From positions 124,923 to 156,922 of the forward strand of contig NZ_CP104094.1 of NCBI RefSeq assembly GCF_033372575.1: a DNA stretch of 32,000 bases. The letters are read 5' to 3'. The translations under genes were made by a program, and so were the position numbers. Each line of letters begins with the position of its first letter. The stretch's first letter is position 1. Shown here one piece after another: positions 1 to 8,511 of the stretch. This DNA is from Candidatus Saccharimonadota bacterium (GTDB taxonomy: Bacteria; Bacteroidota; Bacteroidia; Flavobacteriales; Blattabacteriaceae). Under the pieces are notes generated by a model. The model was not told where the DNA came from. It did no database searches and worked only from the letters and a program-made list of their open reading frames with translations.

Positions 1-742
1 TGAATTTAGCAGTATTATTAAAATTATGTAAATATGTTGATTCATGGTATAATAAATCTACTTTATTTAAATATTTAGTAATTTCAGGAGAATATGAAGT
101 ATCTGTACAAAATGCATATGATAATGGTTTTTTTGGTTTAAATGTTAAATAACTATTAGGTATTATTTGACCATTTTTTTTAATAAAATCTTTACCTTTT
201 TTAATATTTAAATAATCAGAAATTTTAATTTCTTTTATTTTTTTTACATTATTAATATTTAAATTTTTTAATCTTTTTTTTTCTTTAAATAAAAAACCAT
301 TTGTATATATTTTATGTTTTAAAGGAATTATATATATTTTTACAGTATCATTATCAAATATTTTTTTAAATTTTTTAGAATTTAATATTATAAAATTTAA
401 CTTATATGTAATATTTGATTTAGACCATTTAAAATTTTCATAAATTATTTTATTTAATCCATTAGGAGTATAAATATTTAATGGGTTTTTTCTACCTAAT
501 AATTGATAAGTTGCTAAAATTCCCATAATACCATAATAATGATCTCCATGTAGATGAGAAATAAATATATTATTTATTTTATTAATTTTTATTTTAGATT
601 TTATTAATTGTACTTGAGTGCCTTCTCCACAATCAATTAAAAAATAATTTTCTCTCATATATAATATTTGTGAAGTAGGATAATAATTATTAGTAGGTAA
701 TGATGAATTACAACCTAATATTGTTATGTTTGATTTTATCAT
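1..742 (-). CDS. rnz: Ribonuclease Z (tRNA 3-prime endonuclease); C-terminal part runs off the window start
   Basis: A minus-strand frame is open from the ATG at 742-740 to position 2. It is absent from the supplied track because it has no stop in the window. My translation starts MIKSNITILGCNSSLPTNNYYPTSQILYMRENYFLIDCGEGTQVQLIKSKIKINKINNIFISHLHGDHYYGIMGIL, which carries the metallo-beta-lactamase HxHxDH motif (HLHGDH). Near position 60-1 it reads VDLLYHESTYLHNFNNTAKF, an RNase Z HE(S/A)T-type motif. Confidence 0.8.
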   Translation of the reverse strand, partial: MIKSNITILGCNSSLPTNNYYPTSQILYMRENYFLIDCGEGTQVQLIKSKIKINKINNIFISHLHGDHYYGIMGILATYQLLGRKNPLNIYTPNGLNKIIYENFKWSKSNITYKLNFIILNSKKFKKIFDNDTVKIYIIPLKHKIYTNGFLFKEKKRLKNLNINNVKKIKEIKISDYLNIKKGKDFIKKNGQIIPNSYLTFKPKKPLSYAFCTDTSYSPEITKYLNKVDLLYHESTYLHNFNNTAKF

Positions 743-787
743 TATATTATATTATTATTAATTATTTATTAAAATAAATAATTAATA

Positions 788-3211
788 ATGTATAAAGAAA
801 CCCCTTTAATAAAACAATATTATAATTTAAAAAAACAATATCCTGATAATATATTATTATTTCAAGTAGGTGATTTTTATGAAATATTTGGTTATGATGC
901 AATATATTGTTCAAAAATACTAGATATTACTTTAACCAAAAGAAATAAAAAAAATAATAATAGTATTTATTTAATAGGCTTTCCATGTAAAGCATTAAAT
1001 ACTTATTTAAAAAAATTAATAAAAAATAATATTAAAGTGGCAATTTGTAATCAAACTAAAAACGAGATAGAAAAAGATAATTTAATAGATAGAAAAATTA
1101 CTAATATTGTAACATCTGGAATTTCTATATATGAAGATATAACAAAAACAAAAAAAATAAAAAAATTTGTAGCTTCATTATATATTGAAAAAAATAATAA
1201 ACAAATTGGTATATCATTAATTGATTTTTCAACTGGAGAATTATTAACTACAGAAGGAAATTTAAAATATATTAAACATATAATAAATTGTTATAAACCA
1301 ATAGAATATTTAATACAAAAAAGTAAAAAAAAAATATTTAATAATTACTTTAATAATATTAAAAATATTAATTTATTAGACGATAATATTTTTAATTATA
1401 ATAATTTATATAATAAATTATTAGAACATTTTAAAGTTTTTTCTTTAAATGGTTTTGGTTTAAAAGATATGAGATTAAGTATTATATCATCTGGTATATT
1501 AATATTTTATATAAATAATTATTATAATTTAAATTTAAATCATGTTAATAGAATTAAAAAAATACAAATTAATAAATATGTTTGGATAGATGATTCAACA
1601 TTAAAAAATTTAGAAATTATAAAATCTATTAATAAAACAGGAAAATCTTTATTAGATATATTAGATAATACATATACATCAATGGGTTATCGTCTTTTAA
1701 ATAATTGGTTAATATTTCCTTTAAAAGATAAAAAAAAAATTTATAATAGACAAAAAATAATAGATAATTATTTTAAAATTAAAGAAAATATTAAATTTAA
1801 TATTATTTATAATTTAAAATTTATTTATGATATAGAAAGATTATTATCTAAAATATCAAATAATAAAATTAATCCAAATCAATTATATAAATTAATAAAT
1901 TCAATAAATAGAATTAAAATTATATTTAAATTATTAAAAATTAATAATAATAATAAAATATTTAATTTTAAATATAAATATATTAAAAAATTAAATAAAA
2001 TATATAATAATATTAATAATGTTTTAATAGAAAATCCAATTAATAAATTTAATAAATTATTTTTTATTAATAAAAATATTTCTAAAAAATTAGATTTATA
2101 TAAAAAAAAATTAAAAAATAATAAAAAATATATATTCAATTATTATAATAAATTAAAAAAAAAATTAAATATAGATTATTTAATTATTAAAAATAATGAT
2201 ATTTTAGGTTATTATATAGAAATTAAAAAAAGTGATAACAAAAAAATTCCTAAAAGTTGGATAAAAAAACAAAAATTATCTTTACATATTAGATATACTA
2301 CTAAATTAATTAATAAATTTGAATATAACATTTATAATATTAAAAAATTAATATTTTCATATGAAAATATTATTTTCAATAAAATAATTAATTATTTAAA
2401 TAAAAAAATAATAGTTTTAAAAAAAATTTCATATTATATTGCTAAATTAGATGTTTTATTATCTTTTTATTTAGCAGCTAAAGAAAATAATTATACTAAA
2501 CCAAAAATAATAAAAAACAAATTAAATAGCATTAATATAATAAAAGGTAGACATCCAGTAATAGAAAAAACTATGGAAATTACAAATAATTATATACCTA
2601 ATAATATATATTTAGATAATTTTAATAATCAAATATTAATTATTACTGGACCTAATATGTCAGGTAAATCAGCTATATTAAGACAAACTGCTTTAATAGT
2701 AATAATGGTACAAATTGGTAGTTTTGTACCTGCTAAAAAAGTAGAAATTAATATAATAGATAAAATATTTAGTAGAATAGGAGCATCTGATAATATATCA
2801 ATGGGTGAATCTACATTTATGGTAGAAATGAATGAAACAGCTAATATATTAAATAATTTTTCAAAAAATAGTTTAATTATAATGGATGAAATTGGAAGAG
2901 GTACAAGTACATATGAAGGAATATCTTTATCTTATTCAATAATAAAATATTTTATTAATAATAAATTAAAACCTAGAGTATTATTTGCAACACATTATCA
3001 TGAATTAAATAAATTATTAAATTATAAAAATTATATAAAATATTATTATTTTACAATAAAAAAAAAAAATAATAATTTTATATTTATTAGAAAATTACAA
3101 GAAGGTTTAAGTAATAATAGTTTTGGTTATTATATTGCTAAAATTGCGGGTATACCTAATCAAGTAATTAAAGAAACAAAAAAAATTAATTTATTATTAA
3201 AAAATAAATAA
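788..3211 (+). CDS. mutS: DNA mismatch repair protein MutS (807 aa; middle domains strongly diverged)
   Basis: The N-terminal mismatch-binding motif is FQVGDFYEIFGYDA (Phe-x-Glu). Other motifs present are Walker A GPNMSGKS, STFMVEMNE, Walker B/signature MDEIGRGTSTYEG, and THYHEL. Confidence 0.9.
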   Translation: MYKETPLIKQYYNLKKQYPDNILLFQVGDFYEIFGYDAIYCSKILDITLTKRNKKNNNSIYLIGFPCKALNTYLKKLIKNNIKVAICNQTKNEIEKDNLIDRKITNIVTSGISIYEDITKTKKIKKFVASLYIEKNNKQIGISLIDFSTGELLTTEGNLKYIKHIINCYKPIEYLIQKSKKKIFNNYFNNIKNINLLDDNIFNYNNLYNKLLEHFKVFSLNGFGLKDMRLSIISSGILIFYINNYYNLNLNHVNRIKKIQINKYVWIDDSTLKNLEIIKSINKTGKSLLDILDNTYTSMGYRLLNNWLIFPLKDKKKIYNRQKIIDNYFKIKENIKFNIIYNLKFIYDIERLLSKISNNKINPNQLYKLINSINRIKIIFKLLKINNNNKIFNFKYKYIKKLNKIYNNINNVLIENPINKFNKLFFINKNISKKLDLYKKKLKNNKKYIFNYYNKLKKKLNIDYLIIKNNDILGYYIEIKKSDNKKIPKSWIKKQKLSLHIRYTTKLINKFEYNIYNIKKLIFSYENIIFNKIINYLNKKIIVLKKISYYIAKLDVLLSFYLAAKENNYTKPKIIKNKLNSINIIKGRHPVIEKTMEITNNYIPNNIYLDNFNNQILIITGPNMSGKSAILRQTALIVIMVQIGSFVPAKKVEINIIDKIFSRIGASDNISMGESTFMVEMNETANILNNFSKNSLIIMDEIGRGTSTYEGISLSYSIIKYFINNKLKPRVLFATHYHELNKLLNYKNYIKYYYFTIKKKNNNFIFIRKLQEGLSNNSFGYYIAKIAGIPNQVIKETKKINLLLKNK

Positions 3212-3276
3212 AAATTATTAAAATTATTTAATTATTTTATATTATATTTTATATTATATTAATTAATATAACTATA

Positions 3277-3349
3277 GCGATAGTAGTTCAATTGGTAGAA
3301 CATAACTTTGCCAAGGTTAAGGTAACGGGTTCGATCCCCGTCTATCGCT
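3277..3349 (+). tRNA. tRNA-Gly (anticodon GCC), 73 nt, no encoded CCA
   Basis: Hand-folded cloverleaf: acceptor GCGATAG/CTATCGC, D arm GTTC-AATTGGTA-GAAC, anticodon stem TAACT/GGTTA with loop TTGCCAA, T arm ACGGG-TTCGATC-CCCGT, discriminator T. It is a local G+C island. Confidence 0.9.
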
Positions 3350-3352
3350 AAC

Positions 3353-3441
3353 GCCTAGATGGTGAAATTGGTAAACACGCAGGACTTAAAATCCTGTTAT
3401 TCAATTAATGAATTTTGCGGGTTCAAGTCCCGCTCTAGGCA
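3353..3441 (+). tRNA. tRNA-Leu (anticodon UAA), type II with long variable arm, 89 nt, no encoded CCA
   Basis: Acceptor GCCTAGA/TCTAGGC, anticodon stem CAGGA/TCCTG with loop CTTAAAA, variable-arm helix ATTCA/TGAAT, T arm GCGGG-TTCAAGT-CCCGC, discriminator A. It starts only 3 nt after tRNA-Gly. Confidence 0.9.
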
Positions 3442-4727
3442 TATATGTTTTTTTTTTTGATGTAGAAACAACTGGTTTACCAAAAGATAATAAATTTATT
3501 GTAGAAAAAATTTTACAATGGCCTCGTTTAATACAAATATCATGGCAATTATATAATAATAAATATAATTTAATAGATATAAAAAATTATTATATAAAAA
3601 ATATAAAATTAAATAAAAACAATAGATATATAATATATGGAAAAAAAAGAACAATTAAAGAAATATTAAAAGAATTTTATAAAATTTTAAAAAAATCCTA
3701 TTTTATAATAGGACATAATATTAATTTTGATTGTAATATAATTATAGGAGAATATTATAGATTAAATTATAAATTTAAAAATATTTTTATAAATAAAAAA
3801 AGAATAAATACAATAAAAATAAAAAATAATAATTACTATTTAAGTTTAAAAAATACTTTTAATTTATTATATAAAGAAAAAAAAAATTATTTATTTCATA
3901 ATTCATTATATGATATATATATTAATATTTTCGTATTTCTAAAATTAATATATTATAAATTAATAAAATTTAATTTTAAATTTAATATAAAAAAGTTTTT
4001 AGTTAATATACCAATTTATAATAATAAGAATATAAAATTAAAGAATAAAATAAATTATTTTAATATACATAATCACTCATATTATTCAATATTTAATTCT
4101 ACTATAAAATTTAAAAATTTAATTAATAAATCAATAAAATATAATATGAAAGCAGTAGGCATAACCGATAATAATATGATGGGAGTATATAATTTTTATT
4201 ATGAAATTAATAAAATTAATAAAATTAATAAAATAAATAAAAAAAAATTTATAAAAGGTATAGTAGGATGTGAAATAAATATAAAAATAAAAAATAAATT
4301 ATATCCTTATATTTTAATAATAAAAAATATAAAAGGTTATTATAATTTAATAAAAATTAATTCTTATAGTTATATAAAAACAAAAAATATTAATTATATA
4401 GATAGAAAAATTATTAAAAAATATTCAAAAGGTTTAATATTTTTAACAGGGACTTTAAAATCTGAAATTTCTTATTATATAAAAAAAAATAAAATTAAGA
4501 AAGCAATAAAAATATTATTATATTGGAAAAAAATATTTAAAAATAATCTATTTATTGAAATTTTTAGATATGGTTTGAAAAATGAAAAAAAAGTTAATAA
4601 ATATTTAATTTTTTTATCTAAAAAATATAATATTAAATATATTAATCAACAAGAAACTTTTTATCTTAATAAATCAGATTATAAAATCTATAAAATTTTA
4701 TTATGTATAAAAAAAAAAAAAATATAA
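3408..4727 (+). CDS. dnaE: DNA polymerase III alpha subunit, upstream segment: N-terminal DnaQ/epsilon-like DEDDh 3-prime-5-prime exonuclease domain plus the first part of the PHP domain. The frame ends inside a poly(A) tract. The true start is uncertain because the first 34 nt of the ORF are tRNA-Leu.
   Basis: Exonuclease motifs: Exo I FFFDVETTGL, Exo II IIGHNINFDCNII, Exo III HNSLYDIY. The PHP domain begins FNIHNHSYYSIFNS...AVGITDNNMMGVYNFY, comparable to E. coli DnaE HLRVHSDYS...ALAITDFTNL. The ORF terminates at a TAA just after the A14 run at 4709-4722. Confidence 0.85.
   Translation: MNFAGSSPALGIYVFFFDVETTGLPKDNKFIVEKILQWPRLIQISWQLYNNKYNLIDIKNYYIKNIKLNKNNRYIIYGKKRTIKEILKEFYKILKKSYFIIGHNINFDCNIIIGEYYRLNYKFKNIFINKKRINTIKIKNNNYYLSLKNTFNLLYKEKKNYLFHNSLYDIYINIFVFLKLIYYKLIKFNFKFNIKKFLVNIPIYNNKNIKLKNKINYFNIHNHSYYSIFNSTIKFKNLINKSIKYNMKAVGITDNNMMGVYNFYYEINKINKINKINKKKFIKGIVGCEINIKIKNKLYPYILIIKNIKGYYNLIKINSYSYIKTKNINYIDRKIIKKYSKGLIFLTGTLKSEISYYIKKNKIKKAIKILLYWKKIFKNNLFIEIFRYGLKNEKKVNKYLIFLSKKYNIKYINQQETFYLNKSDYKIYKILLCIKKKKI
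3448..3458 (+). repeat. T11 homopolymer between a candidate ATG (3445) and the first conserved exonuclease codons
   Basis: Counted directly: ATG at 3445-3447, then 11 T, then GAT GTA GAA ACA ACT GGT (DVETTG). Confidence 0.95.
4204..4239 (+). repeat. 9-bp tandem repeat (AAATTAATA x3 plus one degenerate copy) inside dnaE, encoding (INK)n
   Basis: Direct reading: aaattaata aaattaata aaattaata aaataaata. The protein reads EINKINKINKINKK. Confidence 0.8.
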
Positions 4728-7477
4728 ATAATAATAATGATACATTTCCTAAAAATATTTTTTATTTAAAAAAATATTCAAAAATAAAAAATAAATTTAA
4801 AAATTTTAAAAAAGGTTTCAAAAATTTAAATATTTTATTTAAAAAAGTAAAAAATATAAATCTTAAATATAATATTTTATTACCAATTTATAAAATTTCA
4901 AAAAGAAATTATAATAAAATTAATAAATTATTTAAATTAAAAATTAATAAAAAAAACGTTAATTATTTATATTTAAAATATTTAATTTATAAAGGGGCTA
5001 AAAAAAAATATATAAAAATTAATGATATAATAAAGAAAAGAATTATAAAAGAATTAAAAATAATAAAATATAAAAAATTTGTAAATTATTTTTTAATTGT
5101 TTATGATTTAATTAAAACAGCTAAAAAATTAGATATTTACGTTGGTCCTGGTAGAGGTTCAGTGGCTGGTTCTATAATAGCATATTGTTTAAATATTACT
5201 AAAATTGATCCTATAAAATTTAAATTAATATTTGAAAGATTTTTAAATAATGAAAGAATTAAATTACCTGATATAGATATTGATTTAGAAGATAAAGGAA
5301 GAAAAAAATTATTATTATATATTTATTACAAATATGGAGGTAATGTAGCAAATATTATAACTTATAATAAAATAGGTGCAAAAACTGCAATTAAAGATGT
5401 ATCTAGAGTATTTTATTTATCGTTTAAAGAAGCTAATAAATTATCTAAAATGATAAATAATAATTTTACATTAAAACAAATTTTATCAAAAAAAAATAAT
5501 ATTTTAGTATTTAAAAAAAAATTATCATTAAGTAAATTTAATAATATTTTAAAAATTAGAAAGATATATAATGATAAAAATTCTATAAAAAGTAAAATTT
5601 TAAAATACGCAAAACACTTAGAAGGATTAATAAGATGTATTGGAATACATGCTTGTGGGATCATAATAACTAGTAAAAAATTATTTAATTATATCCCATT
5701 AATGTATAATAATAAAAATAATAATTTGTTATTAACACAATATGATAAAAAATGTATAGAAAATATTGGATTATTAAAAATTGATTTATTAGCGTTAAAA
5801 ACATTAAATATAATTAAAAATAGTTTATTAGAAATTAGAAATAACAAAAAATCAATTAATTTTAATTTATATGATTATAATACATATAAATTATTTAATA
5901 GTTCAAAAACAATAGGAATATTTCAATTTGATTCAGATAATATAAGAATAATATTAAATATTATGAAACCTAATTGGTTTAAAGATTTAATTGCTATTAA
6001 TGCATTGTATAGACCTGGTACAATAAATAATTTATATGAATATTTATTAAGAAAAAAAAATAAAAAAATTATACATTATGAAATTAAAGATATAAAAAAA
6101 TATTTAATTGAAACATATGGACTAACACTTTATCAAGAACAAGTAATATTAATTGCTAGAAAATTATCAGGTATTAGTAATACTGATGCAGATCTTTTAA
6201 GAGAAGCAATAGGAAAAAAAAATATTAATAAATTAAATTTAATTAAAAAAAATTTTTTTAAAAAAGCAATTAAAAAAGGTTATTTATTAAATAAATTAAA
6301 TAAAATATGGAGATCTTGGGAAAATTTTGTTTTATATGCTTTTAATAAAGCACATGCAACTTGTTATTCATATATTTCTTATCAAACAGGATATTTAAAA
6401 ATTAATTATCCAATAGAATTTATGTGTACTTTATTAAATAATAATATAAAAAACAAAAACAAAATTGAAAGTTTTATAAATGAGGCAAAAAGATTAAAAA
6501 TAAAAATTTTACCACCTGATATAAATATTAGTAAATATAATTTTATTATAGAAAAAAAAATATATATTAGATCAGGTTTAGGAATAATTAATAATTTAGG
6601 AGAAAAAACAGTTAAAAAAATAGCCAAAAATAAACCATTTAAATCTTTAACCGATTTTTTAAATAAAATAAAAATTAAAATAATTAATAAAAAAGTAATA
6701 AAATCATTAATATTATCAGGTGCTTTTGATAGTTTTAAAATAAAGAGATATATATATTTTTTAAAATATAAAAATGATTTAAATGTAATTAATTATTTGT
6801 TATTAAAAAAAAAAAAGAATAAAAAAATTGATAAAATAATTAATAAAATATTAAAAATTAAAAATAAAATTAATAAACAATATATTAAATTATATTATAT
6901 AAATAAACAAAAAAAGATATTAGGTTATTATGTAAAATTACATCCTTTATATTATTATAAATTGGAAATAATATATTTAAAATTAAATAATTTAAAACAA
7001 AAATATTATAAAAATAATAAATTTTATTATTTTTATGGAATAATAAAAAAAATTTATAATAATAATAATAATTATTATATATTAATCGAAGATAATTTAT
7101 ATCAAAAAAAAAAATTATTTATTAATAATAATTTATATAATAAAAATATAATTAAATTATATAATATAATAGTTATTAAATGTTATTTTATATACAATAA
7201 TATAAAAATATTAAATATTTTAGATATAAATGATATTTTTAATTATTATAAATTAATGTTATTAACCATTAATATTAATATTATTATTAACTATAAGAAG
7301 ATAATAAAAAAATTTTTATATTTTAAAAAAATATATAAAGGAAAACAAAAAATATATATTCTAATTTATTATTTTAATAATATATATAAAAAAATTATTA
7401 TAAATAATATAAAAATTAATAGAAATATTTTAATATTTTTAAATAAACATAAAAATATTAAATATTCATTATTATAA
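4703..7477 (+). CDS. dnaE: DNA polymerase III alpha subunit, downstream segment (rest of PHP, palm/fingers with catalytic aspartates, C-terminal region). It continues the 3408..4727 ORF in the -1 frame.
   Basis: Motifs present: VGPGRGSVAGSIIAYCLNITKIDP, FERFLNNERIKLPDIDIDLEDKGR (catalytic D-x-D), GIHACGIIIT, IGLLKIDLLALKTL, ALYRPG, TYGLTLYQEQV, FNKAHATCYSYISYQTGYLKINYP. The ATG at 4703 is probably not a real start, because homology is continuous across the junction. Confidence 0.9.
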   Translation: MYKKKKNINNNNDTFPKNIFYLKKYSKIKNKFKNFKKGFKNLNILFKKVKNINLKYNILLPIYKISKRNYNKINKLFKLKINKKNVNYLYLKYLIYKGAKKKYIKINDIIKKRIIKELKIIKYKKFVNYFLIVYDLIKTAKKLDIYVGPGRGSVAGSIIAYCLNITKIDPIKFKLIFERFLNNERIKLPDIDIDLEDKGRKKLLLYIYYKYGGNVANIITYNKIGAKTAIKDVSRVFYLSFKEANKLSKMINNNFTLKQILSKKNNILVFKKKLSLSKFNNILKIRKIYNDKNSIKSKILKYAKHLEGLIRCIGIHACGIIITSKKLFNYIPLMYNNKNNNLLLTQYDKKCIENIGLLKIDLLALKTLNIIKNSLLEIRNNKKSINFNLYDYNTYKLFNSSKTIGIFQFDSDNIRIILNIMKPNWFKDLIAINALYRPGTINNLYEYLLRKKNKKIIHYEIKDIKKYLIETYGLTLYQEQVILIARKLSGISNTDADLLREAIGKKNINKLNLIKKNFFKKAIKKGYLLNKLNKIWRSWENFVLYAFNKAHATCYSYISYQTGYLKINYPIEFMCTLLNNNIKNKNKIESFINEAKRLKIKILPPDINISKYNFIIEKKIYIRSGLGIINNLGEKTVKKIAKNKPFKSLTDFLNKIKIKIINKKVIKSLILSGAFDSFKIKRYIYFLKYKNDLNVINYLLLKKKKNKKIDKIINKILKIKNKINKQYIKLYYINKQKKILGYYVKLHPLYYYKLEIIYLKLNNLKQKYYKNNKFYYFYGIIKKIYNNNNNYYILIEDNLYQKKKLFINNNLYNKNIIKLYNIIVIKCYFIYNNIKILNILDINDIFNYYKLMLLTININIIINYKKIIKKFLYFKKIYKGKQKIYILIYYFNNIYKKIIINNIKINRNILIFLNKHKNIKYSLL
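4709..4722 (+). repeat. A14 homopolymer at the junction of the two dnaE reading frames
   Basis: Counted directly: positions 4709-4722 are all A. The upstream frame reads ATA AAA AAA AAA AAA ATA TAA. The downstream frame reads TAT AAA AAA AAA AAA AAT. Confidence 0.95.
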
Positions 7478-7496
7478 TAATTAAAATATTTATAAA

Positions 7497-8474
7497 TTAT
7501 ATTATTAAACCTAATTTTTTTTTAATTAAAAAAATTTTTTTTTTAGCTATTTTATTAACCTTTTTATAACCATTATATAAAATATTTTTTATAATATTTT
7601 TATTATTAATATAATAATAATATTTTTTTCTTTCTTTTTCGTAAAAATATAATATATATTTATATAATTTTTTTTTAATATTATAAAATCCTATTTTATT
7701 ATTTTTAATTTTTTCTTTTAAAGATGTAAATTCTTCTTTATTTGTAATTATTTTATATAATTTTAATAATATAGTATTTTTAATTTCCTCATAATTAATT
7801 GATTTTATTGATTTATTAGTAGTTTTTATACTCATTATTTGTTTATTTAAATTATCTTTATCATCAAAAATATTAATAATATTATTTTTTGATTTACTCA
7901 TTTTATTACCATCTATACCTGGTATTATATAATTATATTTAATTTTATATTTAGGTATAATAAACAAATTATATTTTAATTTGTTATTTATTATTTTTGC
8001 TATTTTTCTAGTAATTTCTATATGTTGTTTTTGATCTTTTCCAATAATTACTTTATTAATGTCATATAATAAAATATCAGATGCCATTAATATTGGATAA
8101 TTAATTATTCCAGTATTTAAATTGTTTTTATTACTTTTAAAAACATGACATAATTTTAATCTATTAAATGGATAAAAACAATTTAAATACCAAAATAATT
8201 CATTTATTTCTTTAATATCAGATTGTCTATAAAAAAATACATTTTTAGTAAATTTTAAAAATGATAACCAAGTAGCAGCATTTTTATATATATTATTTTT
8301 TAAAGTATTATTATTTTTATAATTAGTAATAGAATGTAAATCAGCTATAAAAATAAAAAATAAATAATTTTTTTTTGATTTAATATATGATAAAGTAGGT
8401 AAAATAATACTATAAATATTAGCTATATGTGGAATTCCTGAACTTTGTATCCCTGTAATAATTTTTTTATTCAT
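7497..8474 (-). CDS. trpS: Tryptophan--tRNA ligase
   Basis: 325 aa class I synthetase. It has TGIQSSGIPHIANIY (HIGH-type), FIADLHSIT, YPILMASDILLYDINKVIIGKDQKQHIEITRKIA, and KMSKS (GNKMSKSKNN). Confidence 0.9.
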   Translation of the reverse strand: MNKKIITGIQSSGIPHIANIYSIILPTLSYIKSKKNYLFFIFIADLHSITNYKNNNTLKNNIYKNAATWLSFLKFTKNVFFYRQSDIKEINELFWYLNCFYPFNRLKLCHVFKSNKNNLNTGIINYPILMASDILLYDINKVIIGKDQKQHIEITRKIAKIINNKLKYNLFIIPKYKIKYNYIIPGIDGNKMSKSKNNIINIFDDKDNLNKQIMSIKTTNKSIKSINYEEIKNTILLKLYKIITNKEEFTSLKEKIKNNKIGFYNIKKKLYKYILYFYEKERKKYYYYINNKNIIKNILYNGYKKVNKIAKKKIFLIKKKLGLII

Positions 8475-8491
8475 TATATAATATAGGTAAT

Positions 8492-8511
8492 GGATAAATT
8501 ATTATTTATCC
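8492..8511. other. Perfect 8-bp inverted repeat with a 4-nt loop (GGATAAAT-TATT-ATTTATCC) in the rplU-trpS spacer. It may be a terminator/attenuator hairpin or a protein-binding palindrome.
   Basis: Read directly. It is one of the few G/C-containing motifs in any spacer in this window. No clear U-tract follows it on the minus strand. Confidence 0.25.

Noticed and set aside
1879-2139. 86-aa minus-strand ORF inside mutS. Similar antisense ORFs occur at 5413-5664, 6406-6627, 11057-11389, 15180-15509, 17631-17837 and 26684-26881.
   Set aside because: All are embedded antisense in well-supported genes, or in the last case overlap rpmH. They encode low-complexity F/L/I-rich strings from reading poly-Lys/Asn codons backwards, and they leave no room for expression signals.
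3212-3276. Short tandem duplication TTATATTATATT x2 in the mutS-tRNA-Gly spacer as a regulatory repeat
   Set aside because: It is a low-complexity A/T sequence that cannot be distinguished from chance at this composition, and it has no positional relation to a recognisable promoter.
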